Shown here piece by piece: positions 21,301-31,992 of a DNA stretch of 64,000 bases; within the stretch, counting starts at the first letter, position 1; each line of letters begins with the position of its first letter. The DNA is taken from assembly GCA_965644315.1 (NCBI GenBank), contig CBFFRQ010000031.1:1-64000 (forward strand), read 5' to 3'. Below the pieces are notes generated by a model, which did not search any database, was not told the DNA's origin, and saw nothing but the letters and a program-made list of their open reading frames with translations. The stretch is from Caecitellus pseudoparvulus. Its lineage: Eukaryota > Protista > Bigyra: Bicosoecida. Both the position numbers and the translations under genes were made by a program.

Positions 21301-21613
21301 AGCAGCGTGTTCATGCCGCGCACTATCTTTCCCTTTGCAGCCTCTCGATCCGACCCGTCCAGATCCCGCAGGATACCTGGCAGTGCGGGACAAGTTAGTG
21401 CCAGAGCTGCTGCGGTAGTTGGGAAGGTTCCCTGCGCCAGTCGCAAAATAGAAGTGCGCCAACGCTTGCGGCAGCAGGCAAGTACAAATGCCACCTCAAC
21501 ACAGCACGTACCCGTGGCAGCTCAGGAGGCAGATACTCCACGGCCTCCTCCAGCCCAAGATCACGCAGGGCAGTGTGCAGTCCCCCAGGCTCATACGCAG
21601 ACGGCGATACCAT
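18357..21613 (-). CDS. Crinkler/RHS-like protein: short N-terminal header, Lys/Ala/Glu coiled coil, P-loop NTPase and putative C-terminal PD-(D/E)XK-like domain; intron 21432-21511
   Basis: Walker A LLTGVPGCGKS, Walker B VVIVDEAN, C-terminal PGVDALLVY..VLVEVT. Removing an 80-nt GTACGT..GCAG intron joins the ATG at 21613 in frame to ORF 18357..21494. Confidence 0.7.
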
Positions 21614-22476
21614 CGCCTGAAGGACAGAGTCACGGTTCGGCCGCACTACGCCGCTGCTGCTGAAGCACGCTGCCCCCGTGCCCGGCCAGGATCGCCAAAC
21701 CCGAGTAGCTGACGCATGCCCACGTTGTGGAACACAGTCAGCTCTGCCTTTCCAGGCATGTGCCACGAAAGCGGCGACTTCGACGGAAGAGGCGTGCCTT
21801 GAAACGCCGAGTGAAACGCCACCGAGCAAACCGCTCGCAGCGGCACTCCTGAGCGCCCTTTGGCATACAGCAGCTGCTGTGCGAGAAGGGAGTGTCATAA
21901 TTCGGAGAGTATGCCAGATTAGTTGTGCCGGGCGCACCGGTGCTCGATGCGAAGGTCCACTAGGTGTGAGCTTGTGCTGACAGGTGAACCGCAGCACTGT
22001 TCAAAACTCCCAGTCCCTTGAGATGCTGACAGGCGAGCTTGCATACGTCTCTCACGACCAAATCTTGCGCTTTGGGTTTGTGAGATGACAAGCACATTCC
22101 AATTGTGGGCGAATAGTGTGTGTTTGGTTGCACAGTTGTTACTCGCGAGTCTGGCCTTGGCGCTTGCCGCTTGGCCCTCATGCTTGGGCTTGTTGCATTG
22201 TGAAAATCACTTCTAAACCTCGCGCTCAGGCCAGTCTGGGCCGATTTAGATGCCAAGAGGAATCTGACGAAACTGTTTTGCCAATCTGGAGGCCGAAATC
22301 GGCAAGGTGCATTCAAACGGCGGACAAACGGGCAACGTGCCCGCGCCTGGCGCCGCTTTCACTTGGAAACCAGCCCCTCGGCTGCTGATCGTCACCACGT
22401 TGACCTCGTGCACTATCGACACAGGTCTGGATCACAGTGTCGTCGAGGAAGTCGAGCTCGACGCTTTGAACAGGTC

Positions 22477-23688
22477 CTACCGCAGCTTCTGTCCGCGATC
22501 CCCACCGACGACCGCCTTGACAAACGAGCCAAGTTCCCCGCTACACGCGGCACGCACATCAATGGCTCGTTCACCTGATAGACTCAGTAGCTCGCGGATG
22601 ATGCGGAACTGGCCGCTTATGCATGCCAGTACAAAGCCCGCTTCGCGTAACTTGCTGTCTCCAGCATGCACATCTATGTACCTGTCACCAGTAAGGCTCA
22701 GCAGCTCGCGGACAACCTCGATGTGGCCGTGACCACAGGCGGCTATGAAGCCCCCTTCTGTCATGTCCCCTCCCTTTGCATGCACATCAATGTACCTGTC
22801 ACCAGTCAGGCTCAGAAGCTTGCGGACGACGCCAACATGGCCGTTCATGCATGCACCTATGAAGCCCCCCTCTGGCATTCCATTCACACTCGCGTGCACG
22901 TCAACGGCCTTGCTGCCCGTCAGGCTAAGTAACTCGTGGAGCACGCCGACGTGGCCATGAGCGCATGCGAGTCTAAAGCCAGCTTCAGGCCCGTTGGCGT
23001 CCTTGGCATGGACGTCCACCTCCCGGTCGCCTGCGAGCTTGAGGAGCTCGCGGACGACACACGCGTGGCCATTCTCACAGGCACGTCGAAAGGCCACTTC
23101 TGGCCCGTCACTATCAGCTTGGCTCACAGTGACTGCGCGCTTGCCGGTGAGGGCCAGGAGTTCGCACACGATGTGCACTTGCCCATGTGCGCAGGCGACC
23201 TGGAAACCTGTTTCCAAACCATATGCATCCTTGGAGAAGGTTCCCACTTTGCCATGAACCTCTGCCATCATACTCGCATCTACGCTTGTCCAGGCAAAGG
23301 CGAGGTCGGCGTCAGCAGCGGCGCTGCCCTTTCTCCTGCCCCTCTTCGGCCGTGGAGATGGGAGATCAAGCAAGTAGCGGACAATGTTCAGGTGCCCTAC
23401 CTCGCACGCAGCAATGAAAGCCCCTTTGCGCCTGCACCTGTCCCCCTCTTCCTTTCTCCCAGGCTTGTCTTGCCAGCTCGTCAGCAGCGCGTGAAGCAGC
23501 TCTACGCTTCCTACCTCGCAAGCTACCTGCATGGCTTGGATGCCGTGGGTCAGGGTCAATGATTTGCCCAGGAAGCCCTTATTGCCCGCGTTGCACCTCA
23601 GCAGGCCAAGAAGCAGCTCAGCATCATTCGTTGAGCAGGCTTTCTCCCACAAGGCGACCACTCCAGCTGAGCGCGCGTCACTTGCCAT
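22477..23688 (-). CDS. Ankyrin-repeat protein (same 38-aa family)
   Basis: Repeats such as GPEAGFRLACAHGHVGVLHELLSLTG. The N-terminal WEKAC..DA..L motif is shared with the paralogs, which supports the ATG at 23688. Confidence 0.85.
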   Translation of the reverse strand: MASDARSAGVVALWEKACSTNDAELLLGLLRCNAGNKGFLGKSLTLTHGIQAMQVACEVGSVELLHALLTSWQDKPGRKEEGDRCRRKGAFIAACEVGHLNIVRYLLDLPSPRPKRGRRKGSAAADADLAFAWTSVDASMMAEVHGKVGTFSKDAYGLETGFQVACAHGQVHIVCELLALTGKRAVTVSQADSDGPEVAFRRACENGHACVVRELLKLAGDREVDVHAKDANGPEAGFRLACAHGHVGVLHELLSLTGSKAVDVHASVNGMPEGGFIGACMNGHVGVVRKLLSLTGDRYIDVHAKGGDMTEGGFIAACGHGHIEVVRELLSLTGDRYIDVHAGDSKLREAGFVLACISGQFRIIRELLSLSGERAIDVRAACSGELGSFVKAVVGGDRGQKLR

Positions 23689-24436
23689 GTTGCGTTTGAG
23701 TGCGTCGAATTCCGCTCGAGGTGCTGCACCGAACGGCAAGCACTGAGACGGCTGGAGAGTGGATATATGAGACGACCGCAAGGTGGGCATTGAAATGAAG
23801 CTTGCTGAAGGCTCTTTGTAGTTTGGATTAGTCGAGCGTTTGCTTGTGCTTTGCGGGAAAGGAGGGAAAGGGGGGGGGCTGCAAGAGCCAGCGTTGCGCA
23901 GGAGCACTTCGCAGCTGACGTTGCAGCGGCACGACCCGCGCACACCGCGACCTCTTAGCTCTACTGCGCACATCGGTGGATCAGTGACAAAGGAAACGGC
24001 ATTTACTGCACCTCTTTCGACGCCCTCAACGATTGCTGCAGCTCGTAACGAACCAGCTGCCACGGTACTTGCGCTGCGGAGCAGGAAAGCGCAAAGAGTG
24101 CCCTTCATGCACTCTGTAGAGGCCCTACAGAAGTCCCACAGGAAGGTGCGCAGAACAAACACTGATCCTGGCTGCCCTGATTGATATCAGGCATCGCTCC
24201 CAGCCCATGGCCCCTCACACGCCGGACAGACATGCGACCCAGCCAACGCTCTTCGCCACACACCTTGAGAATGCCAGACAAAACCACGGTCCCCGCCCTT
24301 ATGTGCGCCACATTATCTCCAGCTCTCATCCGTCACCATAGCGTCACGGAGTCTGCCCTGCGCTGTGCTGCCCCCTTCGCATCTTGCCGTGAACATCGCA
24401 CCCATGCGGTAATTGCCACCTCGCCCCGCACACGCG

Positions 24437-25348
24437 ATGGCAAGCCAGTGCGCCCCAGAGGCGACTGCGGCACAGTGGGAAGAGGCGTGTGCTCAGCTTG
24501 ATGCAGACCGCCTGTGGCGCATCTTGCGATGGGCCAGTGACCAGCCCGCCTCTTTGGCCGAGGCGTTGGGTCGAGCAGACACCACAGCTGGGTTTCAGGC
24601 TGCATGTTGGAGCGGGCACTTGGAGCTGGTGCGAGGTCTGTTGGCGCTGACGGGTGATCTTGCAGTAGATGTGCATGCAAAGAATGAGTATGGCTTCCGG
24701 TATGCTTGTCGAAATGGCCACTTGAGTGTTGTCCGCGAGCTCCTGGCACTCACCGATGAGATGGCAGTGGATGTGCATGCAGAAGATGGTGGTGGTCCTG
24801 AGGCTGGGCTCCGGTGGGCATGCCACAATGGACACTTGCAGGTGGTCCATGAGTTGCTTGCCCAAAGTGGCAGTCGAGCTGCTGACGTGCACCTCAAGCG
24901 AGAGCACATGTTTCGTGGCGCTTGTCGGCGCGGGCAGGTGGACATCGTGCGTGCTCTCCTTGCTCTTGAGGGGCATCGTGCTGTGGACGTGCACGCTCCG
25001 GATCGTCATGGCCATGACGCAGCCTTTAGAAGTGCATGCACCAACGGCCACACGGAAGTCGTGCGTGTGCTGTTGGCCCTGTCTGGAGCCCAGGCACTAG
25101 TCGTTGATGCACGCATGTGGCAGAGCCCGAAAGCCGCCTTCCGAGCCGCATGCACACATGGCCGCACAGGTGTTGTTTGTGAGCTGTTGGGCCTCACTGG
25201 CCCCCGCGCCATCCCAGACCACGTCTGGCGCCATGCAGGCGATTTCGCGATTCTTGCTGCCCGTGATGCAGTGTGGGCTGGCACCAGCACTCGGCAAGGG
25301 CGGCGTTCAATGCTCTTGCTGAGGTCACGTGGTGCGGTGCGAGCGTGA
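24437..25348 (+). CDS. Ankyrin-repeat protein, paralog of 15354..16517
   Basis: Shares the N-terminus (W..AC..DAD.LW..L), the ankyrin repeats and the C-terminus (AARDAVW.GTSTR.GRR.ML.LRSRG). Confidence 0.9.
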   Translation: MASQCAPEATAAQWEEACAQLDADRLWRILRWASDQPASLAEALGRADTTAGFQAACWSGHLELVRGLLALTGDLAVDVHAKNEYGFRYACRNGHLSVVRELLALTDEMAVDVHAEDGGGPEAGLRWACHNGHLQVVHELLAQSGSRAADVHLKREHMFRGACRRGQVDIVRALLALEGHRAVDVHAPDRHGHDAAFRSACTNGHTEVVRVLLALSGAQALVVDARMWQSPKAAFRAACTHGRTGVVCELLGLTGPRAIPDHVWRHAGDFAILAARDAVWAGTSTRQGRRSMLLLRSRGAVRA

Positions 25349-26152
25349 TGAAACTGCACGACTGAAGTGACAATGACCGCCATGGAGTCAGCTGGATCTG
25401 GTATGCTATGCACGACGCCATTCTCAGAGACACTCCGCGAACCCCATCAGTCATGGAGAGGGCATTTGCATCGCTCTCCTCGGTTACTTTGCTTTCGAAG
25501 CGGCACTCCAATAGCCCTCCCGGCCACTTCACAGCTTTGCTTCTCACCACCCAATTCCCCTCGCCAAGTGCGTTCAGGTCAACATAGGAAACGAACGTTC
25601 ATCGAGCTCATCTACCTCTAAGATGTCCATTTTCAATTAAATTCGTCTTGGAGCTGAAGACTGGCTTTGCCTTCCCCCGTTCCGAGTGCGAAGGTCGGTT
25701 GCCTGCACAACAAACTCCACTTTCCTACCGTAAGCTTGAATGCGCGGGCCAATTTATGCGCCAAACAATGCACACAAAGGGACCCTGCGTGCATGTCTCC
25801 CCACGATCTCTACAGGTGCCCCGCCGCCTCACTTTGCATCTACCACGGAGCAGGGCATCTAGAACGTCCCACCCTCTACACACAGGATGGCACGTGAGGT
25901 AGGCATGACGGGCAGGGTTCAACAGGTGTGGAGGCAGGATGGGCAATCCTAGTCTTTAGAGGTTTGTGGCGACTGCGCCCTGCCGGCTGGCCAGCTGGTG
26001 AGACTGGGGCTGAACCAGCATATAGCGAGCATGGCCAAGCTGGTGGTGGAGTCGGCCCCACCGCGGAAAGGGGAGAGCCCACCGTGCCGTGGTCTCCACC
26101 CTGCTACGTGACCTGGCCATGTATTCTTTGTCTCAAGGAAAGAAATGTGGAG

Positions 26153-27814
26153 TCAATGAAGCACACTTCTGCGCATAAACTGCCGGTACACGTCCAGGCA
26201 ACCCAAACCCCACCACCTTCCATGGTCCACAAGCCAACCAGCATCCACGGCGGCATCAATGCTCTGAGTGACAGAAGGGGTGGTGAGAGCAGCTTCCGCG
26301 GGGATGGTTCCGTCGCCTGCCGCGGCTGCAGTAGATGGTGGCAGGCGAGACAGGTGCCACTCAAGGGCCTGCTCAAACAGTCGTTTGGGAACGATGAAGT
26401 CCGTGAAGTGGAAGTCCAGTCTGGTAACTTCGGCAAGTTCCTTTCGCTTCTCATCCGAGAACAAGCCCATGAAAGTACCCACCACCTGCTCCAACCTTTG
26501 GCCACCTTCGGCTTGACCAGGCTTGGCCATCTCCGTTGAGGGAAACGGCCATGGATCAGTTGGATCCCAGTGTGCAAGATAATTTGCAGCCGCCAAAGCA
26601 AGCTTTTTAGGTGTGTGCCCGTACCGCTCCATGACGTGTTCCAGGAAAGCAACTCGTCGCTCTCGCTCGCACAAACCATCACTGCCCTCCCAGCCAGACC
26701 CATACAGTGCATCGAGCTTCCTTGCCATAGCCAGTGCTGCAGCACTCGGTAGCTCATCAGCACGCCGCTGATACAGAGAAAATGACACATCTACTTCCCT
26801 GCAAGCGTGGGTGAGGAGGAAGGCTGTGATGGACTCGCTGTCCCATGCTGGGTCCCCCACTCGGATCTCGTTGAGCTTGTGTCTGCCCCAGTTCCGCCGC
26901 AGAGTCCTGTGCGTGAACACACCCGGAAAATGATGAGGCCTTTCGTCGGAAAGGAAAAGCTGCCCGGCCCGCTGAAAGGTTGTGCACAGGACCAAGCCCA
27001 CAGCCGAGCTGGACGAGGACAGCAATCCCCGTAGCTGCAATGTCCACCGCTTGGCACACTCATAGGTGAAGTGATCACCCTGGAAGAAATGCTCGGCTTC
27101 ATCCACGTGTGCAATCACGGCAATTTGGGCCTGCTTTAGCACGGCGCTGGCCAGCTCCAGCCGGTGGCCTGTGCCGGCATCTTGAAGTGTCTTTTGCACT
27201 TCCGGGGAAAGGACCTTGGGGGCTGCGCTGCCAGCAGTACCCTCCAAGGGCGCATGGAGCAGTAGCTGCTGCACATTAACTATGTTGCTTGGTGCTTCAC
27301 GTGCTGTGTCGGCCAGCACCTCGAGCGCGTCAACCACTGACCCGTGTCGGCCCAGTGTCCGCAGCTCGATTGCCGCTGACCTGAGCAGCCACTCATGAAA
27401 CGACGCAGTCTCACTTGATACATGGTCCCCCAGTTTGATGTGAAAGTACAGGGTGATCCTGCCATCCCCGGGCAAGGCGTTCCTCGCAGTCATCTGGGCG
27501 CCGAAACTTCTCATCAGATGTGACTTGCCGATGCCGGTCGAGCCAGTCAACAAGTAGGCAGGGGTCACTGAGGATTTGGTAAACAGACACCGATTCATGG
27601 ATAGCAGTCTCATAAATGCGGGTATGACGTGATGCAGTGGAAGAAAAGTCGAGCTCTTGCTTCGTGTCATGTCTCCCAGCAGCTGCTTGTCATCCTCACG
27701 CCTAACCGGGTAGTCTGGGAAAGGAAGACCCATCTTGCACATCTTCTCGAAAGGCCCACTTCGAACTGAGCTTTCCCTGGGCTCAAGGCTTGTTGCTCCC
27801 GCTTCCATGTCCAC
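26153..27814 (-). CDS. P-loop NTPase of unknown function (Crinkler/STAND-like)
   Basis: 553-aa ORF with Walker A YLLTGSTGIGKS and Walker B IAHVDEAE. Confidence 0.7.
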   Translation of the reverse strand: MDMEAGATSLEPRESSVRSGPFEKMCKMGLPFPDYPVRREDDKQLLGDMTRSKSSTFLPLHHVIPAFMRLLSMNRCLFTKSSVTPAYLLTGSTGIGKSHLMRSFGAQMTARNALPGDGRITLYFHIKLGDHVSSETASFHEWLLRSAAIELRTLGRHGSVVDALEVLADTAREAPSNIVNVQQLLLHAPLEGTAGSAAPKVLSPEVQKTLQDAGTGHRLELASAVLKQAQIAVIAHVDEAEHFFQGDHFTYECAKRWTLQLRGLLSSSSSAVGLVLCTTFQRAGQLFLSDERPHHFPGVFTHRTLRRNWGRHKLNEIRVGDPAWDSESITAFLLTHACREVDVSFSLYQRRADELPSAAALAMARKLDALYGSGWEGSDGLCERERRVAFLEHVMERYGHTPKKLALAAANYLAHWDPTDPWPFPSTEMAKPGQAEGGQRLEQVVGTFMGLFSDEKRKELAEVTRLDFHFTDFIVPKRLFEQALEWHLSRLPPSTAAAAGDGTIPAEAALTTPSVTQSIDAAVDAGWLVDHGRWWGLGCLDVYRQFMRRSVLH

Positions 27815-28800
27815 GAGTGCAAATCGTGAGCCGGAGTCACAGAGCGCGGAACGCAGGGACCAGCACCCGCGAGCAAGCTACACAACACGCTACAATTCCC
27901 CACTCACTGTTGGTGCTGAGTATTGTAGTGTCGACTTTGCCTGAAAGCTCAGGTTATCTGAGACAGGTTTGCCTCCCTCGGTGCTCAGAGACGGTGCAGT
28001 GCGGTAATAGAGCTGCCGGCCACCGCGCAACGCAAACCTGACAAACCAGGGGCAGACCAGTCGCAGGCATGGGCGGGGAAGGGTATGCTCCACCATCAAA
28101 AGTTAGCGCTATTCCAATGGCGTCGTGTCTTGCGCCCGTGCAAAGTAATGTGTTGGCAACACCACAGTGGCTGTGGTGCGCAAACAGAATGCAGGGGGGT
28201 ACGTACCCCTTTCCTTTCCGGCGCCTGCGCCACACAGGACAGCCCTTTCCCCGGCCTATGATTCTCCATGCAATCGCCCCAGGACAGCGATCCGCAGCGT
28301 GACAAATATCCGTGTCTCTCTTGCTTCACTGGCCTGTGCTCCGCCACAGCCTCAATAGCAAGCACTTGGCCAGCATCCTGTCAGGGACATACCACCCCAG
28401 GAAGGATGGTCCTGCATCCATTCACGCAATGCGTGCCAAGCCTTCCCGCCTGCTCAAGTCACTCGGCCGGGGACTCTTCCCTCTTGCCTGTCTTCTCTGG
28501 CTGCTACCAGCCCCTCACTCAGCGCCAAACAGCAAGCTCGAGGCGTGTGCCTCAGATGTCGTGACAGGGCAGCCCCAGACACTCTCAAGACAGAGCATTC
28601 AAAACCGCACCACTTGTGCGGGTTCATGCTCCATAGGTACAACAGCACCCGCATTGCGCCTTGCACACTTGCTCCAGCCCGCTTCTCTTTCAGGAGCAAG
28701 TGTGAAGTGATTGTGGTGAAAGAAAAAGGTTGCAATGCATTGAACTTCCGAACCACAGCTTGCTCAGATGCCTTAATCTGCTAAACGGCACAGGAGAGAC

Positions 28801-31800
28801 CTACATCAGGATGCACATAGATTGCGACGTGCTGGAAATCAGCCCGTCCAAACCCTCAAACTTGGCTGCTCGCTGTCGAAAACTGTCTGGAATTCTGCGA
28901 TCCCCAGTCAGGCCCAGCAATTCCCGCACGATGCCGATGTGGTCTTTGAAACACGCCAACCGGAAGCAAGCCTCAGGTCCATCCCCGTCGGCCGCGTGCA
29001 CGTCCACTGCCCGCGCCCCAGACAATGCCAACAGCTCACGCACAACGTCAGTGTGGCCCCAGCGGCAAGCTAAGCGGAAGGCAGCCTCAGGTCCATCCCT
29101 GTCCGCAACATGCACATCCACTGCCCGCGCCCCAGACAATGCCAACAGCTCACGCACAACGTCAGTGTGGCCCCAGCGGCAAGCTAAGCGGAAGGCAGCC
29201 TCAGGTCCATCCCTGTCCGCAACATGCACATCCACTTCTCGCGCCCCAGACAATGCCAACAGCTCACGCACAACGTCAGTGTGGCCCCAGCGGCAAGCTA
29301 AGCGGAAGGCAGCCTCAGGTCCATCCCTGTCCGCAACATGCACATCCACTGCCCGCGCCCCAGTCAGGGCCAGCAGCTCACGTACGATGCCTGTGCGGCC
29401 AATGTCACAGGCCCACACCAAGGCACTTTCAAGCCAACCATCGCCCACTGCACGAACATCCACTTCCCGCGCCCCAGAGAGGGCCAGAAGCTCGCGCACG
29501 ACGTTGGCATGACCATACTCACATGCCCACCGAAAGGCAGCCTCAGGTCCATTACGATCTGCCGCGTGCACATCCACTTCCCGCACCCCAGTGAGAGCAA
29601 GCAGCTCGCGCACAACGTCTGCGTGGCCCCAGCGGCAAGCTAAGCGGAAGGCAGCCTCAGGCCCATGTCTATCTGCCGCGTGCACATCCACTTCCCGTGC
29701 CCCAGTGAGAGCCAGCAGCTCTTGCATGATGTCAATGTAGCCGTAGGCACATGCCAATCTGAACGCTGCCTGGGGTCCACCCCCAGCGACTGCGTGCACA
29801 TCCACTGCCCGCGCCCCAGTAAGGGCCAACAGCTCTCGCACAACGTCAGTGTGGCCTTTGAAACACGCCAACCGGAAGCAAGCCTCAGGTCCATACTCAT
29901 CCGCAACATGCACATCCACTTCTCGCGCCCCAGACAATGCCAACAGCTCACGCACAACGTCAGTGTGGCCCCAGCGGCAAGCTAAGCGGAAGGCAGCCTC
30001 AGGTCCATCCCTGTCCGCAACATGCACATCCACTTCTCGCGCCCCAGTCAGGGCCAGCAGCTCACGTATGATGCCTGTGTGGCCCCAGCGGCAAGCTAAG
30101 CGGAAGGCAGCCTCAGGTCCATCCCTGTCCGCTGCATGCACATCCACTGCCCGCGCCCCAGTCAGGGCCAGCAGCTCACGTACAACGTCCGGGTTGCCTT
30201 CACGGCATGCATCTCGGAACGGCGCCTCAAATCCGTATACATCAGCTGCATGCACATCCACTGCCCGAGCCCCAGTCAGGGCCAGCAGCTCACGCACTCT
30301 CTCAAGCTTACCAATCCGACAAGCTGCCACAAACACAATGGTGTTCGTTTCACTAAGAGTCTCCACTTCACCGCCTGGCCCTGGTGGTTCAGGCTGTGCT
30401 GCCTCAGCCTCAGCTGCCTCTGCCTGACCTGCCACTCCACCTGCCTGCTCCCCGTCAATAAAGCACTTCACAGCACTCTCCACACCAGACAGGCGCTCCA
30501 CGCTTCCTGCGACTGCTTCATACGCCATCGCATATGCACCCATGCAGCAACCGCTCCCTCCGTGCTCTAACACCCCCAACGCGCTCGACAGCGCATGCTC
30601 ACTGACTTCACCGCTGCTCACGAACACTGACCCAACGCCGGATCCGCCATCCAACGCACCACCTCCCACTCCAAGCACCTCGCGCAGCACACTCAACACA
30701 CCCTCACAATCGCCAATGCCGTCAGCAGACCAAGATGTGCCCCACACACCGCCACACGCACTCAGCACCACCTCAATGCCACCCCCCTCCAGTGCGCCCA
30801 CCAGGTCACCCACACTGCCACTCCCCACACCCACCACCACAAAGCTCCCCACACCCACACCACCCAGACTGACTCCGCACGCCTCCGCCACAGCACACAC
30901 ACCCAGCACCTTCACAGCCACGCGCTGCTTCATCTCCAGCCCAACATCGCCCCACGCTTCATCCTCCAGGAACACCATCAACGGCCACCCCGCCTCACAC
31001 TGCACCTGCACCGTGACACTGCTCCTCTCGCCAACCGGCTCATTAGCCCTGCCCGCTGAAGTACTGTGTGCCACCGCGACTCTGCGTGCAGCCTGCGCCA
31101 TCCGAGGCAGGCCATGGGCGATGCGAGCTGCTTCGCCACGCTTCACAGCGCCAACACTCGTGGCAAGGGCCCTCGCACCCGCGTCCACACTCCCTGCCCA
31201 CTGCTCCACATCGTCAGCTCCACCAACATCCTCACCATCAATTCGGCTCCTCGACTGGAAAACACTTGTATCCTTGCCGTTCATGCACTCTACGCCACCT
31301 GACAAGTCCAGCCCACTCACAGCCCTCACCTTCCGACCACTCATCACCAGTGCACACCCCAACAGTCCACGCAGCTCCTCCACTGCACTCGCTGCACTCT
31401 CCAAGTGCTCCGCAGCACTCTCACTCCTCAGATCGCCTGCCGCCTCGCCTCGCAGCCACTCAGCCTGCTGCCGCATGCCAGCCAGAGCCGCATCCGTCGC
31501 TGCCTCGCCACCAGCATCATGTGTGCCTGAGCCACCCTCCGCAGCCACACCCACATCCGCCCCCTCGAAGCCTTGCCACCATCGCGTTAGGTCAGCCAGC
31601 GCACCCTTCAAGTTCACACCGCTCCGCACACAGCTCCAAGCCTCCAAAATGGCATCCCACAGCGCATCACCTTCTGGGACTGCATCAGCACTCACACCGT
31701 TCGCCGCCTGGTGCAGCACATCCACCGCGGCGAAGCACCGGAACGACAGGTACTGCAGCGCAGCACACACACCACCTCGCTCACGCTGCCCCGCCAACAA

Positions 31801-31992
31801 ACCAGCCTGCTCCAACAGCGCACTCCCTGCCTCACGCAGTGCAGCTTCCAGCTCCACCAGGCTCATGGCCGATGGGGCGTCGCCTGCAACAGGCACTTCG
31901 CCACGCCCAATGGCTGCCAGTCCTCTCAGAGCTGGGCCGTGGGCCATGACGCTGCCTGGCAGGCACTGCATCTTACCCAAGCATGCAGCCAC
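28801..31992 (-). CDS. Helical N-terminal domain, degenerate kinase-like segment and ~13 ankyrin repeats
   Basis: 1063-aa ORF with a C-terminal 114-bp DNA repeat array. The N-terminal half is homologous to 33568..36267. The true start may lie slightly upstream. Confidence 0.85.
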   Translation of the reverse strand: MAACLGKMQCLPGSVMAHGPALRGLAAIGRGEVPVAGDAPSAMSLVELEAALREAGSALLEQAGLLAGQRERGGVCAALQYLSFRCFAAVDVLHQAANGVSADAVPEGDALWDAILEAWSCVRSGVNLKGALADLTRWWQGFEGADVGVAAEGGSGTHDAGGEAATDAALAGMRQQAEWLRGEAAGDLRSESAAEHLESAASAVEELRGLLGCALVMSGRKVRAVSGLDLSGGVECMNGKDTSVFQSRSRIDGEDVGGADDVEQWAGSVDAGARALATSVGAVKRGEAARIAHGLPRMAQAARRVAVAHSTSAGRANEPVGERSSVTVQVQCEAGWPLMVFLEDEAWGDVGLEMKQRVAVKVLGVCAVAEACGVSLGGVGVGSFVVVGVGSGSVGDLVGALEGGGIEVVLSACGGVWGTSWSADGIGDCEGVLSVLREVLGVGGGALDGGSGVGSVFVSSGEVSEHALSSALGVLEHGGSGCCMGAYAMAYEAVAGSVERLSGVESAVKCFIDGEQAGGVAGQAEAAEAEAAQPEPPGPGGEVETLSETNTIVFVAACRIGKLERVRELLALTGARAVDVHAADVYGFEAPFRDACREGNPDVVRELLALTGARAVDVHAADRDGPEAAFRLACRWGHTGIIRELLALTGAREVDVHVADRDGPEAAFRLACRWGHTDVVRELLALSGAREVDVHVADEYGPEACFRLACFKGHTDVVRELLALTGARAVDVHAVAGGGPQAAFRLACAYGYIDIMQELLALTGAREVDVHAADRHGPEAAFRLACRWGHADVVRELLALTGVREVDVHAADRNGPEAAFRWACEYGHANVVRELLALSGAREVDVRAVGDGWLESALVWACDIGRTGIVRELLALTGARAVDVHVADRDGPEAAFRLACRWGHTDVVRELLALSGAREVDVHVADRDGPEAAFRLACRWGHTDVVRELLALSGARAVDVHVADRDGPEAAFRLACRWGHTDVVRELLALSGARAVDVHAADGDGPEACFRLACFKDHIGIVRELLGLTGDRRIPDSFRQRAAKFEGLDGLISSTSQSMCILM
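28900..30310 (-). repeat. Intragenic 114-bp tandem repeats encoding ankyrin units, several near-identical
   Basis: GACAATGCCAACAGCTCACGCACAACGTCAGTGTGGCCCCAGCGGCAAGC recurs at 29021, 29135, ~29249 and ~29933. Confidence 0.95.
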
